Shown: positions 35,167-48,300 of the stretch, piece by piece
Numbering within the stretch: the first letter of the stretch is position 1
Layout of the letters: every line of letters starts with the position of its first letter
Origin: Octopus vulgaris
Lineage: Eukaryota
Length of the DNA: 64,000 nt
NCBI GenBank assembly: GCA_951406725.2
Contig: OX597826.1
Location: 18,476,001-18,540,000, forward strand
Direction: 5' to 3'
Notes under the pieces: model-generated
Database searches by the model: none
What the model saw: only the letters and a program-made list of their open reading frames with translations
What the model was told of the DNA's origin: nothing
Position numbers and translations under genes: made by a program

Positions 35167-35697
35167 AATATTACAATGACCGTAACAAAATCCTAGAACA
35201 ACTAATCTCGTTTAGAAAATTACAAATGAAATAAAAGTTTAAGTTTGTGTTTGAACCTGTAGCACCACCAATGAAGATACAAATCTGTCTAACAGACTTT
35301 ACCAATCCCTTTCGGCTTGTCTGATGACTTTCAAAATGATAAACATTAAAAATACTTTGCTTTCTTTACTTATTTAATCTTTCTGTGTGCGACACACACA
35401 ATTAAATGGCGGTGGTATATTGAACCAAGCTGAAAATAATGAAGATTAAAAGCGATTAAATCTTATCAACTGAAGATTTCGCTATAGCTGTTTGAATTCC
35501 CAAGTTCCAGCACACATCACATTTTCTAATTCTCCACCAACAATCATTGTAACAGATATAAAAATGTTTAATAATAAAAGAGCAGACTTCATCAAAACGA
35601 GCAGTGTAAGCAGGAGTTCACAGATTCAAGACAAAAATATGACTTGTAATAAATACAATAATTCTGTGTTCCACAGGTTCTGTTGTGAGTTTTTGTC

Positions 35698-35838
35698 TCA
35701 AATTTTAGATAACTTTCTATCTTCACACAACCTCAACACACTTGAAGTTTTTTTCTTCTTCCTTTCAGCTTTAATTTGGCCAGTTTTCCTGACTTTATCA
35801 TTTTCAATCTTTCCATCCAGCTTTAACTGTTCCAATTC
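35698..35838 (-). CDS. Candidate terminal coding exon of a minus-strand gene (basic, NLS-like tail)
   Basis: Acceptor cttttgttctgtcacAG, phase-0 frame ELEQLKLDGKIENDKVRKTGQIKAERKKKKTSSVLRLCEDRKLSKI*, minus-strand AATAAA near 34810-34835. Upstream exons were not identified. Confidence 0.35.
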   Translation of the reverse strand, partial: ELEQLKLDGKIENDKVRKTGQIKAERKKKKTSSVLRLCEDRKLSKI

Positions 35839-36098
35839 CTGTGACAGAACAAAAGTACCTTAATCCCCATATAAAAAGACTGGCTGACAATAGAATAGGA
35901 AATGAAGAACAGAGAGCAAAGAATGGGTCTTTGAGAAGAAAGGAAGCAGTCAGTGGATAAAGGGAAAATGGTCAGTCAGTTGTCTGATAAAGCTTTTCAA
36001 GAACAACCAATCACAAATGATATGAAATAAGAAAAACAAAGCCTTTTACTCCCATCATAATATCCTGCAGGCTAAGTGCAACAGCTTTCATTCTCATA

Positions 36099-36164
<66 letters not shown>

Positions 36165-36625
36165 CTACACATAACATATATACAGTATAGAAAATTATCA
36201 CAGTTTAACAACAATAGAGCATCGATTCTATTCTTCACTGTGATTCGGTTTTATTTTCAGCTGTGAACCACAACTATGAAACTGTCATTCCCATCTCTAC
36301 AAAACATATTGATACTGTGCCCCAGTGATTCTTAAGGCTCTTTTTGCTTTTGTTTTTTTTTTTTTTTGGTAACATTGTCTCTTTGCATTTACAAACTTTT
36401 TTCAACACCCACTTTCTGCTTCATATACACTTGCATACCTACCAGTTAACATTTATCTTTATATTCCAATTTATAGTTGTATTTTCTGTGAGTTTCACAT
36501 GCACATTTGTACACACATTTCTCTGTCCATGTGCAAACTTACACATGTCAGTTTACGCACGTGGATTACAAGCTCAACAAATGACACTTATAGCCAGAAC
36601 TGACACCATTCAAGCATCAGCAAAT

Positions 36626-36692
<67 letters not shown>

Positions 36693-38074
36693 CACACACA
36701 TCAGGATGGAATCTAATACTACAAGTATAATGGCCTCCTTTATTGCATGTATGGAAATAACCACAAATTTTGACAAAGAGTTATGAATTGTATTTTGTTT
36801 ATAATTTACATGCATAGATGATGATGATGATATATAGTCAGTTTTGTTTATTTAATTATTTACATATGAAAGCCTATTATTATTGTTGATGTTGTGATTG
36901 TAGCTCACAATTTATCTTGCTGCTCTTATTTGAAGTTTAGAAGACAAACAACTGCCGACATTCTCCATAAGGTGACCTGTTCCCACATCCATATACAATT
37001 CCATGTTGCCAACATTAACAAGCTCTGCCATACATACAGGAGGACAATACACCATTGTTTGTACTCTTCCATTACCAAAACAAAACAAATGACGGGATGT
37101 CACACATGGCTGGTTTCACCTCCCTGTCTGAGTGAATCCCTTGAACAAATGACTAACACAACCATAACTGCCATCAATCCCCTTCTCCACTCAGTTTCAC
37201 AATCATTACCCACAATCCAGTCATGTTCCCTCACTTAATAACCACTGACATCCCTACAACAATAAGCATATATATATATATATGTATGTAGAGAGAGAGA
37301 GGAGGAGGAGGAGAGGGAGAGAGTGCCTTACAACATGCAGCTGGCCTCTGGAAAAACCAACATGTATTGGTTTGATGGGAATACCAGCTTAATTTACTTT
37401 CAAATTTCACATAAACAAATGGAGGTAGAGATGAGAGGAAGAACTTGAGCAAAGAGGGAGTGAGAGAAAGGCAAAAGCACGAGGGAGAGAGAAAGAGATG
37501 GAAATAATGGAAGAAAGAATTATAAATAACTACAGCAAAATAAAGAGCATGAGGTGAGAAGCAAGACATTCACCGAGGATATTCATCACCGACACCATGA
37601 AGAGTCATGTGGTACAGCTATACGGAACAGCATGCCCTTGGTACAATAACATGGTAAGGGTATGTATCATGTATGTGATAATGTTAAGACACCCAGCCTA
37701 GACAATGCAGTCATAGCATTTTCCTGATATAACAAAATCTAAAACACGAGAATAAACCATACATCATATGTTTACTTATGCTTTGTTGTGTTTGCATGAG
37801 TTGAATGGGTCTTTTCTTACCATTCGTTGTAGTTCTTTGCCATCAGCACCCATCAATAGTTCTATTAGCATAAACATCTTTCTTTCTGGATGCAAGTGAA
37901 TGGTTGAGCACTCTGATGAAACAGTGTGAACAGACTTTTCAAATGATAATTTTAGATTTCCCTTTTATGAATACAGCTTTTTATTGTTGCTGAGCAATTA
38001 TACTATATAATATATGAGGTAACAATACTTTCATTAGATTATACTTGTAATTTTCTAGTAATAATATGAATCAA

Positions 38075-38177
38075 AGTGCTTTTGTCCTCTCGGGGCCAAT
38101 AAAAGTTAAATACTGGGGTCGATGTAATCAACATACTGCTGCCCTGAAATTGCAGGCCTTGTGCCAAAATTTGAATC
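38075..38177 (+). mobile_element. SINE family B 3' fragment
   Basis: TACTGGGGTCGATGTAATC..GGCCTTGTGCCAAAATTTGAA. Confidence 0.75.
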
Positions 38178-39565
38178 AATATGAATCAAGGTGTTTCAGA
38201 AGAAAATATCTGATGGTTGATGGTACCCTGTTACAAGCTAGGACACCATCACCTGTCATGCCACTGCAGACCAACACTTAGTATCCTAAGTGCAATGGTA
38301 CAGTTTACAATTGGGGGAAAAAAAAAAAAAACTAAGTATTCCTAACCAATTGCTTGTATCAATTCCTGATGAAACTGGTCTTGCAGATGAGTTGTGTTTA
38401 CAGAAGTCTAAAAGCTTTGATCCTATCTCATTTCTAGTGCAATATCTATAACCACCATAGTGTTACCCACAATACCCAATCAAATCATTATCTATGTCAA
38501 TGAAACAGCCATCATTTATTGAAGTAGTCTGCAAAGGGACTGCATAAAACTGCTCCATTTAGCTCAATTCTATCAGTGGTGATTGTGATGCAGATATCAC
38601 TAATAAAGGATCACATTTAAATATGCGTCATATGTAACAAATGCCGTGATATTTGACGACATGGTTCCACTAAAAATATAAGAGGCACCCTTGATTCATG
38701 TTTGAAATCTTAAAAATTGAATGGAGGGTAAAAAAAAAGCAGAAATAAAGAACTAACTGCTCTCCGATCTTCTGAGGTTATTTTACAGCAGCAATTTTCC
38801 TTGAAACCTTGTAGGAGGCTTTCAGACTAGCCGCAATGTGATATCAAATTTTATATATGTTCTGAGGCAACTTTTATAAGTGAGGTACATCTGTGTTGTT
38901 TGTCCACAAGCATGGGATATAGTCTGGACAGGAGTATATTCTGGCCTGGTTGTCTGGATGGGGTATAGTCTGGGCTAGCCCAGACTAGTCCTGGTTGTAG
39001 TCTGGGCAGGGGTATATTCTGGGCTGCTACACTGCCAATTTTCAATTATGGTTAGACTTGTTGCACCCATACCCCTGCACCAATCGAACCTGCATTCAAG
39101 TACGTGCTTGTACGCCCTGCACAAGTCGCCCCACATGCATTCTATCAGTAAGGTTTTTTTTAACACATAAATTAGAGGTTCTGCATAGTGCGTGCATGTT
39201 CAATGGTTCCAGTTTTAGCTAAAACCGAAAAACCTAGGGTTTTGAACATTATAAATCTGAAAATTGGTGACACCTTCGCAGACCCCTAAAATTGGTCAAT
39301 AGACCCCAGTTTGGGAACCAAAGCTCTATAGTGTAATAAAGATATAATTTGATAAAATACATCTAGCTGCATGGACCATTTTCTACATGTTGATGTAGTA
39401 TACACAATGACTTCCATACATAGCAGTATAGGTTACAGATTCTAACAAGTGATTCTAGACAGAGATGAATATGTGTATATATATATATGTACACACACAC
39501 ATTATATGTATACAGACATATACATATATATACACACACATACATATATATATATATACATACAT

Positions 39566-39616
<51 letters not shown>

Positions 39617-39703
39617 GTATACTGCTCCATGAAGGTAAGATCAACAAAAAAGTGTTCCATCTGGTGAGAGATAAATATTGTTTACATACACACACATTCT
39701 CAT

Positions 39704-39760
<57 letters not shown>

Positions 39761-40989
39761 AAACTGTAAAGGCTAGATTCCACACAGTGATGGCTGTAGA
39801 CTTGCTCTTCTGTTTAAATATTCGACTGAAAAACCACAAGTAATCAAATTATATAGAACAATTTATTTTCAATGATTAACAAACAATGCCAAAAATGACT
39901 AGACCCTCTGCCTCCCACTCCAAACAGGGTAAAATTATTCCTTGCATAATTTTCTGTACTGTGTTATAATGTTGAACAATTATGCACAGAAAAAGAATAA
40001 AATGAGAGAAAATGGGGTTAAAAGAGGGGGGTGAAATGTGAATAAAAATAAAAACAAAACTGTTGCAGATAGGTGAGAAACCTATGAGGATTGCAACTGT
40101 TCATAGGTTACTTTTATGTAATCTAATAGTGTATTGATTTTTAGCCTTTTTAGTTACATACAATGTCGATGGAGAGCTTTGCCCCAAAGCCAGGACTAGC
40201 TTCTGCTCTTCTATACTTGGCTTTTGGCCCTGCAACTCTGAATTCTCTATTGACTTCTTTGGACAAACATCGGCAAGTAGAGGCTTTCAGAATTTAAGCC
40301 TTTAAGTCATACAACTCTGCCAATTCCCAAAACTGTTCAACTTTTACAGCAACTTAACTTACACAAAACAAAAAGCCATCTATCTTCTTTCAACCACAAT
40401 TAGCATTTCCAGCAATTTCAATTCCTCTGAGAGGTTTCTAATTCCTCACCAATCACGCACAAACAGATGTTTCAATTATTCCCTGTTAGTAGACGTCTAC
40501 ACTCACTTTGCTGTTGCCAGTTTCTTTAGATTATACTTTTATCTCATTTACACTTTAAACAATGACTTCAAGTAACAGAAGTAAGAGAATATGATTTAGT
40601 TTTCCACAGGCAATGGGTTAAATATATTTAACATCCTAAAAGTCAACCCTTGAGAATGAGAATGTGCAGGAGAATGATTGTTCAACTAATTAAACCACAA
40701 ATTGTTGATAGTTGAAACATTGGCATTGGGAGATGGATTGCTGGAACAATAATTTTGAATCCAGCCAATTATTTCAAGTTAACACCATCTTCGTGGTGGT
40801 GGTGGTGATGATGACTACCACCTCCATCCATACACTTGATAAAAGTGATAGCATGTTGGTAGCTGGGAGTCAATAATCATTAGAGAAGGTCACCAAATAA
40901 GTCATAAACTGTCTCCATCTTCTCAGAAAATTATTCACATAATTAGTTTGGCCATAAGGTAAGAATAAATGTGTATCAACAACAATAAT

Positions 40990-42035
40990 AATGACGATAT
41001 CATCATCACCATCGTTTAACATCCGTTTTCCATGCTGGCATGGGTTGGATGGTGTGACTCAAGCCTGGAGAGCCAGTGACTGCACCAGGCTCCAATCAGA
41101 TACAGCAATATTTCTACAGCTGGATGCCCTTCCTAATGCCAACCACTCTGAGTGTAGTGGGTACCTTTTACGTGCCACTGGCACAGGAGCCAGTCAGGCA
41201 GGCCTGGCATCGATCACGTTCAGATAGTGCTTTTTACATGACACCGGCATGGGAGCCAGTCAGGGGTTACTACCATTGGCCACAGTCATATAGTGCTTTT
41301 TAAGTGCCACCGGTAGAAGAGCCAGTCAGGCGGTACTGGCATCGGCCATGTTTGGATAGTGCTTTTTATGTGCCTCTGGCACAGGAGCCAATCAGACAGA
41401 CCTGGCATCGACCATGTTAAAATGGTGTTTTTTACATGCCACTGGCACAGGAGCCAGTCCGGGATCACAGGCATCAACCATGTTCGGATGATGCATTTTA
41501 CATGCCACCGGAACAGGAACCAGGCAGGAGGCTCTGGCCACAGCTACAATTTTGGCTTTACTTGACTCAACAGGTCTTCTCAAGCATATCATATTGCCTG
41601 ACGCATCAAGGGTGCTCTTAAATGGGCCGGACATGCAACACTGGCATCGGCCATGGCTGTGATCTCACTTTAGTTGCTGGCTCTTCTCAATCACAGCATA
41701 TCTCCAAAGGTCGCAGTCTCCTGTCATTGCCTCTGTGAGGCCCAATGTTCGAAGGTCATGCTTCATCACCTCATCCCATGTCTTCCTGGGTCTCACCTCT
41801 TCTACAGGTTCCTTCCACAGTTAGGGTGTGGCACATCCTCACACAGCTGTCCTCATCCATACATAACACATGACCACACCAGTGCAGTCATCTCTCTTGC
41901 ACACCACATTTGATACTTCTTATGTGCAACTTTTCCCTCAGGACACTTACACTCCGTCATGTGTGCACCCTGACATTACACATGCAGCAGATCATACTAG
42001 CATCATTTCTTTCAAGCCTACACATGTCCTCAGCA
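40990..42035 (-). mobile_element. RTE-clade LINE 3' portion with a 66-bp tandem array in the 3' UTR and an (ATG)n-like tail
   Basis: On minus, 41690-42035 encodes MILCCMC-like, WSCVMYG and PRKTWDEVMKHDLRTLGLTEAMTGDCDLW. The 3' end is CAACCCATGCCAGCATGGAAAACGGATGTTAAACGATG. Repeat anchors fall at 41224, 41290, 41356, 41422 and 41488. Confidence 0.85.
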
Positions 42036-42349
42036 GTAAAAGGTAATTTGAATGTGAGCAGCACTAACTCCATATTTTGCACTCAACAGAGTGAATTGCT
42101 AGTACCAAATGGGTTTTACCTTGGATAAGTACAAAAATGTGGTTTTTATGCATGCACACGCATGTGCATATACTGTAATTTAGTTCTTTGTTTTGGTGTT
42201 TTTGCTGATACCTTTTTCGATACCCAATCATTCTGTTCATGCAGACTCACCAGCTTACAACCGTTTAACAATGACCTTAATTTTGTGAGGTTTGTTTCTG
42301 TGTTGAACTTTCTACATGTCTCTTCTTATACATTTATTTAACTACTTCA

Positions 42350-42575
42350 CCTACTTAGCATTTAAATTGGCCACATCCGGCCAAATTATTCTACCAGTTT
42401 TATTTTGAAACAGGCTAGATTTGGCCTCTCACACTTACCCTCCAATATTATTCTAGGAATAAACAATCATATCACTGAAACCTGAAAGCTACAAAGATAA
42501 TATATGATTAATTCAAAACAATGTGAATAAATAAGCATTACATTTGATAGAGAAATCTGAATGCTAGAGGGTTAA
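42350..42575. mobile_element. piggyBac-like MITE
   Basis: Colinear with 59548-59767. Right end AATGCTAGAGGGTTAA. Confidence 0.75.
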
Positions 42576-43149
42576 AAAGAATGAGAGGGATAAACAAGGC
42601 AAAAAGATACGACAAAAACTAAGACGATCATATTTGCTAGTCGTAAGCTTTGTTGGTGTTTTGTAATGGGAATGAGTAACAAAACTTTATGTTAACTCAT
42701 CATCTACTTAACAGCAAATCTATCTTCTCTATTTAATATTCATTCTTCCTAAATATGCGATTAGTTTCTAACATTCCACAAACTGTTAGAGGTAAAAGAT
42801 AACAAACCACAAGGTTATGGCTGTTGAAAATTTGTCATCACTGAGTCGTGCCTTTACATATGTAATTTTACTGTTTGTTTTGTCTGACTAAAAAACAAAG
42901 ACAAGCCTAGCATAAAACCGTTTTACTTGAAATGAAGGGGATTTTAAACATACTGCGATAGTAAATAGCATTGTAGATTAAACTTTAATTGAACAGAGTC
43001 AGCAGATCAAAAATTCAGACGAAGCTGAACAGAGACACCACTTCTACTTCAAAGTTTGATTTTTATCTCTGGGAACAGGAGCAGCTATCCAATTGTAAAA
43101 TGAGTTGCTCAACAATTCATAGGCAAAATTACAAATAATAACAAAAACT

Positions 43150-43602
43150 GTTTCAAATTTTGGCACAAAGCTGGCAATTTTGAAGAGAGGATACAAGTTG
43201 ATTACATCAGCCCCAGGACTTGACTGCTACTTTATTTTAGTGACAAAAGGCAAAGCTGACCTTGGCAGGATTTGAGCTCAGAACATAAAGAGTCAGAAGA
43301 AATGCTACTAAGCATTTTGTCCAATGCACTAACAATTCTACCAGCATGACTAATAATAATAATAATTTCAAATGTTGGCACAAGGTCAATAATTCCAGTG
43401 GAGTGATTACATCACCTCCACCCCAAGTGCTCAACTCATACTTGTTTTATTGGCACAAAAATGATGAAAGGCAAAGTTGAGCTCAGCAGAACTTGAACTG
43501 AGAATGTAAGGACGGATGAAATGCCACTAAGCAGCCCAGCATGCTGCCTTAGTATGAATAATAATAATAATAACAATAATGATAATAATAATAAATAATA
43601 AT

Positions 43603-43637
<35 letters not shown>

Positions 43638-43654
43638 CAATAATGATAGTAATA

Positions 43655-43690
<36 letters not shown>

Positions 43691-43900
43691 CTGCTACAGG
43701 CACAAGGCCTGGAATTTTAGGGGACGAGATTGGTTGATCATATAGACTCCCGTGCTCAATAAATACTTATTTTATCAACCCCAAAAGAATAAAAAAGTAA
43801 AGTCAACTTCAGTGAAATTTGAACTCAAAATGTAAAGACAGATGAAACACTGCTATTCATTTTGTCCAGAGCGTTAATGATTCTATCAGTTCTCTACTTA
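43150..43900 (-). mobile_element. Three head-to-tail SINE family B copies separated by (AAT)n tracts
   Basis: Copies at about 43150-43350, 43365-43550 and 43690-43900; (AAT)n at 43557-43690; (CAA)n(CAG)n at 43900-43943. Confidence 0.85.
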
Positions 43901-45266
43901 ACAACAACAACAACAACAACAACAGCAGCAGCAGCAGCAGCAATTATAGTTATAAAATGAAGCCAGTTCTGAGAGTAGAGGAAAAGAGAAGATAATTGGT
44001 AAAGAAAAATGAATGGTATGTAATCAAAGCAGAAATAATATTTTGAAACAATATGAATGCAACTACAGGTTCATAATCCTCTTTGCAATCCATTTCTGAA
44101 TGCATTAAACATTATCGGTATAAATGGTTTCAATATCAAACCTTCTCAATGGAACGGGTAAATTGATTAAATTTATGGTAAATTTCAGATTTTGCATTGT
44201 AATGATTTCCGAACTTTCAGTCATAATTCTAAGTTGACACTAGAGGAAATAGCTAAGAGAAGAATTATATTGTTAATAGTTATTAAGACACACCTGAGAC
44301 CATTATTTAATTGTGCTCCTATGTTTGGAGAAAGGGTATGTAATGGGTTCTACAGGGGAGAACCAGAAAAACTATCATCAAATTTTGATTTCTGAGCTGT
44401 TGCTAAGTGGAAATTGAGAATATATAAGGTTCAAGTTGACTGCTGTAGGTTATTAATTGATGTGTAGCTTGTCTCAAGTCATTAAATTAACAATTAATGA
44501 CTGAGCTCATGCACATTTAATAGACAGAAAATATATATGCAGCTTTTGCTTTGTCATAATGAAAAGTATCCCTTATTGGGTGATTAATTTCTTTAAGGTC
44601 CAGGAGAAGCAAAATGGGTGTTGTAACATTCAGCACATTTCTAAGTCCATTAATAGTACAAGTGATGCAAGAAAGTCATCCTGCCACAATCGATCTGTAC
44701 CACGGGCTAAAATGTTATCCCAGTTTGTTAAAACTTTTTGCTATTATTTGCAATTACAAAGTTTAATAAGTGTCCAGTTACTAAAAGCAAGAGATATGGA
44801 GAGGAAGTCAGCATATATTCACAGAATACTTGGGTAATGGTCAACATTATAAATGACAAATACAGATACAGGTAAAAGATTTAATCACCTACAGTAAAGT
44901 AATGAGTAAGCACTTTTCTAGTTTGCATAAAACTGTTGTGGAGGAAGATGAGGGAGGAGACGATTGGTATAGACTGGTAATTTACTATAATTCAACCAAG
45001 TGTTTTAGAGAAAGCATCTCAAAGATGAGAAAAGATGTATTAGGTCAGTGTTCTGAAGATAGTGTAAAAGAAAACTGGATGGGAGGGAGAGAGAGAGAGA
45101 GAGGGAGGGAGGGAGAGAGAATGCATGTCTGTAAACTATGGTGAAACCAGGAGGAATGTCTGTTTAAAGTAACAGATACAGCTAGAATATCATGTACAAA
45201 ATTTATTTCAACAAGAGTCACATGTTGGTTCTCAAGTTACAGATTAATGTGCAAGTTTACAGACAT

Positions 45267-45302
<36 letters not shown>

Positions 45303-48300
45303 TGCACACAGAAATGTATTAAGACACTTGTATTACACTCCATCCATCCAAAGTTTCACTGCAATGCTTCAACTATAAAGAGGACATAGATCAGAAAACA
45401 CAATTAATTGTAAATAATTAAGTATAACCCTTATTAAATGAGGACTCTTAACATTCTCCTAAAACATGCACACACACACGCTTCCCTCTCACATCAGAGG
45501 TATGTACTGAATGGAATACTGCATAGAAATTCTATTCAATAAATGCAGTCCCCAACTACTAATTAGTTGTTTTTAAATGAGTTGTTTTCAATTTTAATAA
45601 TATTAGTGGTAAATGAACAAGTATATACTGATTATTCTCAACAAAATTAATCGTTCTTACAACATGGTGTAATAAAGTTGGTGTTACATAACTTCTATAA
45701 TCTTACTTCAAACTTTATAGCCTAATGTCGTCACTCTACATGTGCCCTGCTTTGCTACACATGTACGGAATCGTCACATTAGAAAGATATCTACTAACCC
45801 TGTTGACAATGATGCTACACTTGGCCTCATCAAAAGTTTAGCATCAAAAGAAGAATCGACATAAAGCTCCACCGAGGATTCACACACTCAAGACTCCTCA
45901 TTTATTTACTGCTTTACAAAGTTAGATTTACAGACTGTTTCCAGTGCACAAGAACCGAGAAGAAATATTTTCAGTAATGTCAGAACCAGGATAAACAACA
46001 GAGGCTACATTTCTAGTAGCCAGCTTTGGTCTTGAAGATTCCTTATTAAAGTAAAGTTGTTATCAGTTCACATCTAAAGAGGCTTCACCAGAAAGGAAAA
46101 GACCAGTATATGAACTTAAGAAAAAAAAAAAAAAAAGATAATCAAGAGCAGACCACAGCAATTATAGCTTGGTAATCTGTCTGTGAAAATGATAAATCAA
46201 TCTGAGGTAGTCATTCCAGACATTTTGACAACAAATGCTACCGTCAATATGTTCAAAGAGATAAACTTCTGGTGAGTCAAGTGTATGATTTGGTTTCAAT
46301 CCACACCTAAATCCTTTTTCATTTCAGTGTTACACAGCTAATACATTTCGAAATGGGAAGAATGTCAAATCCCCCTCTCCTATAATCCAAGGCTTTGTAC
46401 CTAGGAATCAATATCATTTTATAAAGGAATCAATAAAAGGAATTTATTAAAAGGAATCAATATCATTTCATATAATCTCACAGTAAATAGTATAAAGTAA
46501 ATAGTGTAAGCTGTGGCAAGTTGGATTCATAGCATAGTTTCTTTCCCAAAGAGTGGTCATTTCACTCCGCTTTTGTTATTAATGTCTTAGAAGAAGATAA
46601 AGAGATCACATAATTATATTCTCTAATCAGAATGTTCTATGTAAGCAATCATCGTTACTGTGTGTCATGTTATATAGAAAAGATTCCAGTGACTAATGAC
46701 ATAATTCCAAGACAGAGACAATTCCAAAAGTTGTTACAATATTCCTGTCCTATAGAAATACACAGTACTACTTAAGGAGGACACACAACTTATATCCTCC
46801 TTGGATAGGTAGGCACGTAGGTAGGTGTGTGTGTGTGTATGTATGTGTGTGTATGCATGTGTGTGTGTGCACACACACACATTTTTTTCCTCCCCATCCT
46901 CCAGGTCTGAAGATTGGAATATATTCTCCCATCCTCCAGTATCAATGCATATATTTCCACAACCTCAATAGCATAGTACTAATATGTATTCCTCCATATT
47001 CAAGAAAGACACAGAAATAATATATATTTTACTCCATCCTCAAGAACACATGACTAACATGTACTCTCCCACCCTCAAGAATGGTACAGTAATAATGAAG
47101 ATGTTTGGTCTCTCAAAATACATTGCAGTTAATTTTACACTGTAATATGTTTATATGCAAAAAACAAACAAAAAACATACTAAATACTCCAAAGTATCTA
47201 GAGTTATTTTCTTCTCATTTTTTGCATTGTGTTTTGGTGTTCAAATTCTGTTCGGCTTGACTCAGCTTTGTCATTGCTTTACTCAAAAGATACAGAAGTC
47301 AAGAAGACAGAGCAGAGGTGTCTTGATTGTCCAATAGCAAGTTCTTATTTTATTCTGGGTATTGTGTGTCTTTAAGCAGAACATGAAACATCTTAGTTTG
47401 TCTTCAACTGTTATGATTCAACGGGGAATCATTTTGCTTGTTTAAAATGTCAAAAACTTTTAAAAATTGAAATAAGGTAAAAATTTCAAAGAAGCAATGT
47501 TGAAAATGTTAAGGAGTAGAGACTTTGTTACTATAGCAAAATTAATGCCCTAGATTTTCTTCACTGTATGTTCCAATCCTCCTGTATCCAAACACACCCC
47601 ACAACAATTCTACAACACAGCAGAACAATAGAGCAACTCAGAAAACTACTCCAATACTCCATAAACACTATCCTTCTGTTTCAATTTAAATAGTAAATGG
47701 GACTCCTCTACACAACTCAACAATATGTATTCAGTTGTTCAATCAACTGTGCTGTGCAGATGCACATTAAATTTTAATGTACCCTTAATGTAATTCTCAA
47801 GTAAAGCCAATGTGACACCACATGACAAGACTGGCTTTTGAATTTTAGGTACACACTTGCAGTTTCCATTAACCCCAATTTCATTTATAAAGCTTGTGTC
47901 AATCTGAGGCTATGATAAATTGCCCAAGATACAATGAATGACAGGTGAACTTCTTAACTATTTGGCCTTGGTGCACCTAACCTAAAATAAGAATAAAAGA
48001 GACTTACAAACTAAACTTAATAGTACCAATAGAGCTGTGCTCTTTATGTGCTTCTTTTGAAGTCAACAACCAGACTAATATATTCAAAAGCAGCCTGGAG
48101 GACTGAGGTAATGTTACATGCCCAAATAGTCACATTGCAATCTGCATGTCACAGTGTACAGTATATTACACAACTATATAGAGACATAATAAATTTACAA
48201 TGATGTGGTCTCAGTCAGATGTTCAACCAGCTGCTTAAAAACAGATCTAATCAGGATTTCTCGAGAAGTGGGATGAATGGGTAAGTCAAACTTGACTGCC

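Noticed and set aside
36894-37253. Non-repetitive ORFs on both strands near 37 kb
   Set aside because: No recognisable motifs, and all three frames after the minus-strand acceptor stop within about 10 codons. Kept only as a weak acceptor candidate.
39695-39790. Possible Helitron 5' end (A|TCTTTATATA...TAAAACTG; similar ctcatctttata at about 1336)
   Set aside because: No matching 3' hairpin plus CTRR end was found, and the motif is too short in a TA-rich context.
40155-40340. Minus-strand open frames ending at a GTATGT donor
   Set aside because: No convincing acceptor, stops upstream in each frame, and no recognisable protein.
41158-41550. Regularly spaced repeats resembling a CRISPR array
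   Set aside because: The whole 66-bp unit repeats with no unique spacers. It lies inside a eukaryotic LINE and there are no cas genes.
45720-46040. Protein-like plus-strand stretch
   Set aside because: Internal stop, and no splice signals or family motifs that I could identify.
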